64,000 nucleotides of DNA, from assembly GCA_963815455.1 (NCBI GenBank), contig CAWFGO010000001.1, positions 1,056,001 through 1,120,000 on the forward strand, in the 5' to 3' direction. The notes under the pieces are model-generated. The model was given only the letters and a program-made list of their open reading frames with translations. It was not told the origin of the DNA and did no database searches. Below, one piece after another: positions 60,621 through 64,000 of the stretch. Every line of letters starts with the position of its first letter. The first letter of the stretch is position 1. This stretch comes from an uncultured Verrucomicrobiae bacterium. GTDB taxonomy: Bacteria; Verrucomicrobiota; Verrucomicrobiia; Chthoniobacterales; UBA10450. The position numbers were made by a program, and so were the translations under genes.

Positions 60621-61862
60621 ATGAAACTCTCTAAATATATAATGGCGGGGATACTCGCCCTCACAATTGTGTCGAGCACATTTGCTCAGACCAAAATTTA
60701 CATCACGGGATCGACCGCCTTTCGGGCGACCGTGACACCCGCGATCACCGCGGTCCTGGCAGGCAGCCTAAGCATCGCCTACGATGGAAACACCGCAGGC
60801 GTGACTTCCCAAAACAACGCCAACGCCGTCACCTGGACCGGTGGAAACATCGGCGGAACAGCCGTGACCATTAAAGCGTCGTGGTCGGGTTCGGCAGGCG
60901 GCATCCAGACCGTGGCCGGAGCACCGACGTTCAACGTACGTTTTCTCCCGGACGGCGCCGTAGGATCGGCCAACAGCGATCCGAGGAATCCGGCCAACCC
61001 GGCCGAGTCGGCCGTGCCAGACATGGACATGAGCGACGCCTTCCAGGCTGCAACGCCGTTCCGCGGGACCTTTCAGGGTGTGACCTATTCCAATCTCGTC
61101 GATAACAACGTCGGTGTAGTGACATTTGTTTGGGCGGCGAGCAAGAACTTCCCGCTGGGCACCGGCAGCGGCACTTCCTCGTCCTATTCGATGACGCCGC
61201 AGTTGGCTCAGGCGCTGTATCCGGGCGGACTGATTCCTTTGTCCATGGTCACTGGACTTCCCGCCGATCATAATACCGGCGTGATCGCCACCGGCCGCGA
61301 CTTTGATTCCGGCACGCGAATCACTCAGGTAACTGAAAATGGGATTGGCGTAAGCACGTTGCTTTCCCAATACAAACCGACCGTTTCTGCCGGGGTCATT
61401 ACCCACCTGGAACTTTATCCGGTTACCACAATCAACGGCGTGAGCACGCAGGTTCCGGGCAATGGCGGCGAATCGAGCGGCAGCACCCTGCGAGGTTACC
61501 TCGTGAATACGATGGCTGTAGCTGCTGCTCAGGAAGTTGATTCGAGTCTAACCGGCGGTTTCCTGATGGCGTTTCTCGGCGTCAGCGATTACAACAACGT
61601 CTCGGCCAACGCCGTGAAGGTGCTTCACAACGGCAACGATTTTTCGCAACAAGGCGTGATGGAAGGTAAGTACACACTCTGGGGCTATGAGCATTTGCAA
61701 TACAAGTCCACCCTCGCCGGTATCAAGCTCACCTTCGCTACGAACTTGAAGAATCGGATTCTGACGTCCACCTCCGCGGAGCTGAATCCCAGTGTCGCTC
61801 TCAGCGACATGCAGGTCCAACGCTTCGCCGACGGCGGAACGATCTTCTCGCTGCTGCACTAG
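60621..61862 (+). CDS. Secreted protein, divergent PstS-like binding fold
   Basis: Signal peptide; ITGSTAF, GSAGG, GRDFDSGTR and GKYTLW recall PstS motifs. Confidence 0.55.
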   Translation: MKLSKYIMAGILALTIVSSTFAQTKIYITGSTAFRATVTPAITAVLAGSLSIAYDGNTAGVTSQNNANAVTWTGGNIGGTAVTIKASWSGSAGGIQTVAGAPTFNVRFLPDGAVGSANSDPRNPANPAESAVPDMDMSDAFQAATPFRGTFQGVTYSNLVDNNVGVVTFVWAASKNFPLGTGSGTSSSYSMTPQLAQALYPGGLIPLSMVTGLPADHNTGVIATGRDFDSGTRITQVTENGIGVSTLLSQYKPTVSAGVITHLELYPVTTINGVSTQVPGNGGESSGSTLRGYLVNTMAVAAAQEVDSSLTGGFLMAFLGVSDYNNVSANAVKVLHNGNDFSQQGVMEGKYTLWGYEHLQYKSTLAGIKLTFATNLKNRILTSTSAELNPSVALSDMQVQRFADGGTIFSLLH

Positions 61863-61920
61863 GCTTTGTTAGGGAGGTAATTGATTCTTAATCCGACAAT
61901 AAGGGTTAGGGGCGTTAAGG

Positions 61921-61960
61921 GAAACGGCGCGGGCGGCAAGCCCGCGCCGTTTCTTCCTTT
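61921..61960 (+). terminator. Intrinsic terminator
   Basis: GAAACGGCGCGGGC/GCCCGCGCCGTTTC stem followed by TTCCTTT. Confidence 0.8.
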
Positions 61961-61982
61961 AAGAAAGCAGAAAGCGTAAATC

Positions 61983-62552
61983 ATGAATATCTCCCGCCAT
62001 TTCCTGGTTCCTTTTCTAGGCATCGTTTTTTTGGGCGGCGCCGCTTTTATTTTTAGCGCCAGATCGGGCTCGACCAATGTTGAACAAGTCACAAGGCAAC
62101 CGATGCAGCCGGCTCCGGGTAATCTGGCTCAGGACTCGCTTGAACCGTCGATGCCACCGGAAAAATCGCGCGCTTTCACAGGGACAGAGGATTCATCTCT
62201 CGCTACCGTCGCTTTTGATACAACGCCAAACGAGGCGACGAGTGGTCCGCAACGCAATGGAGCATCCGCGATTGTCGAGGTGCCTGCGCCCGAGGCAAAT
62301 TATTCGCTGGTGAACAGCCGTTCCCTTGCCGATTCGACGCAATCGCAATCGCTCGCAGCGTCCGCGACGGCCGCGGCTCAAACGGCGCAACCAGCAATCA
62401 ATCCTTCGCTTGATCCGCAATCATCGGGTGTTACTCCGGGCGGCGTTCCGCGTCGCCAGGGTTTCACAGTGGAAGAGCAATGGTATCGGGCCTGGCACGG
62501 GTGGGCTTCGATCGACGCCTATCGCGAGGCGCAATCGAACGGAAGCCATTAG
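61983..62552 (+). CDS. Hypothetical membrane-anchored protein
   Basis: N-terminal TM, low-complexity linker and C-terminal FTVEEQWYRAWHGW. Confidence 0.55.
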   Translation: MNISRHFLVPFLGIVFLGGAAFIFSARSGSTNVEQVTRQPMQPAPGNLAQDSLEPSMPPEKSRAFTGTEDSSLATVAFDTTPNEATSGPQRNGASAIVEVPAPEANYSLVNSRSLADSTQSQSLAASATAAAQTAQPAINPSLDPQSSGVTPGGVPRRQGFTVEEQWYRAWHGWASIDAYREAQSNGSH

Positions 62553-62592
62553 ATCCGTTCCGCGGCTGTCAAAGAAAACACCCGCGAGAAAT

Positions 62593-63474
62593 CTATCTTT
62601 CCCGCACCGGAGGAAACGACGTTGGTTGACGCATCTTGTTGCCGAGATCGCGAGCCAATCGTTCCGCTTCTTGAATCTGCGCCGGAGTCATTCCCTTTTT
62701 GATTTCCGGAAGCGGCACAGCGCCGGTGGCTTCGCCCTGGTCGGCGCTGAGTTTCAACCATGCGTAGGCCTGAACCAGATCTCGCGATTTGCCAGAGCCG
62801 CTGGCGTAAAGACGGCCGAGGTTCGCCTGGGCCTTGGCGTCGCCCTGCTCGGCTGCTTTTCGATACCAATCGATCGCCCGTTTCTCATCGCGCGCCACGC
62901 CGAACCCATGCTCAAACAAAAAGCCCAAACTGTTTTGGGCCGACGCGTTTCCAGCTGCCGCAGCTTTTCCCAGCCATTTCGCCGCTTCCGAGTAATTGCG
63001 GTCGCAGCTGTCCGCGCCAAAGAAATACAAGCGGCCCAAGTGAAGCTCCGCTTCGACGTAACCTTGCTCCGCCGCCTTTTGAAATAGCCGGACCGCCTCA
63101 CGACAATCCTTTTTCGTTCCGTTTCCCGATAGATACAGTTGCCCTGCCATATCCTGGGAAGCGGCGATTCCCTGATCGGCGGCTTTCTTGAACCAGGATA
63201 GAGCCGTCGTTGGATCCTTCTCCACCCCGAACCCTTGTAGATACATCATGCCGAGATTGTGCTGCGCCTTGGCATGTCCCTGGACAGCGGCGGCGCGAAA
63301 TAGTTCGACTGCCTTGGCCGCGTCCCGGGGCACTCCGCTGCCCTCGGCGTAAGCCAGCGCTTGCTCGAACTCAGCTTGGGCATCCTTGGTTGCGTTCTTC
63401 TCGATCTTGGATTCAGCAACCGTCCAGGCGATCGCGGCGGCGAGCAGGAGCAATGCAGTTCTGGTGTTGATCAT
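62593..63474 (-). CDS. Sel1-repeat protein
   Basis: Repeated AAxQG...AQxxLG.Y..G.G units; signal peptide. Confidence 0.92.
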   Translation of the reverse strand: MINTRTALLLLAAAIAWTVAESKIEKNATKDAQAEFEQALAYAEGSGVPRDAAKAVELFRAAAVQGHAKAQHNLGMMYLQGFGVEKDPTTALSWFKKAADQGIAASQDMAGQLYLSGNGTKKDCREAVRLFQKAAEQGYVEAELHLGRLYFFGADSCDRNYSEAAKWLGKAAAAGNASAQNSLGFLFEHGFGVARDEKRAIDWYRKAAEQGDAKAQANLGRLYASGSGKSRDLVQAYAWLKLSADQGEATGAVPLPEIKKGMTPAQIQEAERLARDLGNKMRQPTSFPPVRER

Positions 63475-64000
63475 GGCCGTTTGGCGCGAAGTGCGCCGTT
63501 AAGGTTTGCCCGGGCCTCGGCATAGTCCGGCTTCAACTTTAGGGCCTGCTGGTATTCGCCAATCGCGCGATCGATCTGACCCAACAGAAAGAGCGCGCCA
63601 GCCAGATTGTTGTGCGCCACCGGCGAACCCGGGTCGAGCTTTACCGCGCGCCCGAACTGGACCTTTGCTTCTTCAACGCGATTCAGCTTGAAGTAGAGCG
63701 CGCCGAGATTTTGATGTGCATCGAAGTAATTCGGATCGAGCCGTAGTGCCCTTGAATATTCCTCGATCGCCGGGTCGATCTGTCCCGTTTGTTCCAAGGC
63801 CACGCCGAGATTGCCATGGGCCGCGGCAAATTCGGGGTCACGTTGGATTGCCTTTCGAAAAAGATCGGCGGCTTCGGCAAAGTGATTCAAATTCTCGAAA
63901 ACGACGCCGGCTTCGAAATACGGTTTCCCGGCGCTCGGATTGAGTCGGATCGCCTCGTCGAGTTCGTCGATCGCGGCTTCATAGTTGCCGGTTTTTTCAA
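63471..64000 (-). CDS. TPR-repeat protein (5' end outside the window)
   Basis: TPR units such as AHGNLG, AHQNLG and AHNNLA; frame is open to the window edge. Confidence 0.88.
   Translation of the reverse strand, partial: EKTGNYEAAIDELDEAIRLNPSAGKPYFEAGVVFENLNHFAEAADLFRKAIQRDPEFAAAHGNLGVALEQTGQIDPAIEEYSRALRLDPNYFDAHQNLGALYFKLNRVEEAKVQFGRAVKLDPGSPVAHNNLAGALFLLGQIDRAIGEYQQALKLKPDYAEARANLNGALRAKRP

Overview
GC-rich bacterial DNA, most consistent with Verrucomicrobiota (Chthoniobacterales-like). This is inferred from a PEP-CTERM protein, a double-length UvrA and a dockerin-like C-terminal tail. Most of the window is housekeeping: exbBD, lgt, uvrA, pckG, gmhA, fumC, rnc, thiD, gatCA, purC, ccsA, mazG, secG, tRNA-Val and tRNA-Thr. 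Three things stand out. (1) A defence region at about 13.8-28.0 kb contains a broken type I R-M locus (5' hsdM and 3' hsdR remnants, no hsdS). It encloses an intact, overlapping three-gene cassette: a cGAS/DncV-like nucleotidyltransferase, a NucC endonuclease, and a 1296-aa protein with six Zn-ribbons, an SF2 helicase and an Rrp8-like methyltransferase. BrnT/BrnA, Fic, DUF4268 and MazF modules and an IS3 end remnant lie nearby. (2) Several families of REP-like palindromes occur between genes, nested in each other, and in-frame inside conserved genes (five in uvrA, plus gatC, mazG and hsdM). (3) A phosphate-scavenging cluster at 49.6-61.9 kb has 11-bp-periodic Pho-box-like repeats in five intergenic regions. 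Three isolated +1 frameshifts in otherwise intact genes may be sequencing errors. All family calls come from motif recognition by eye, not database searches.
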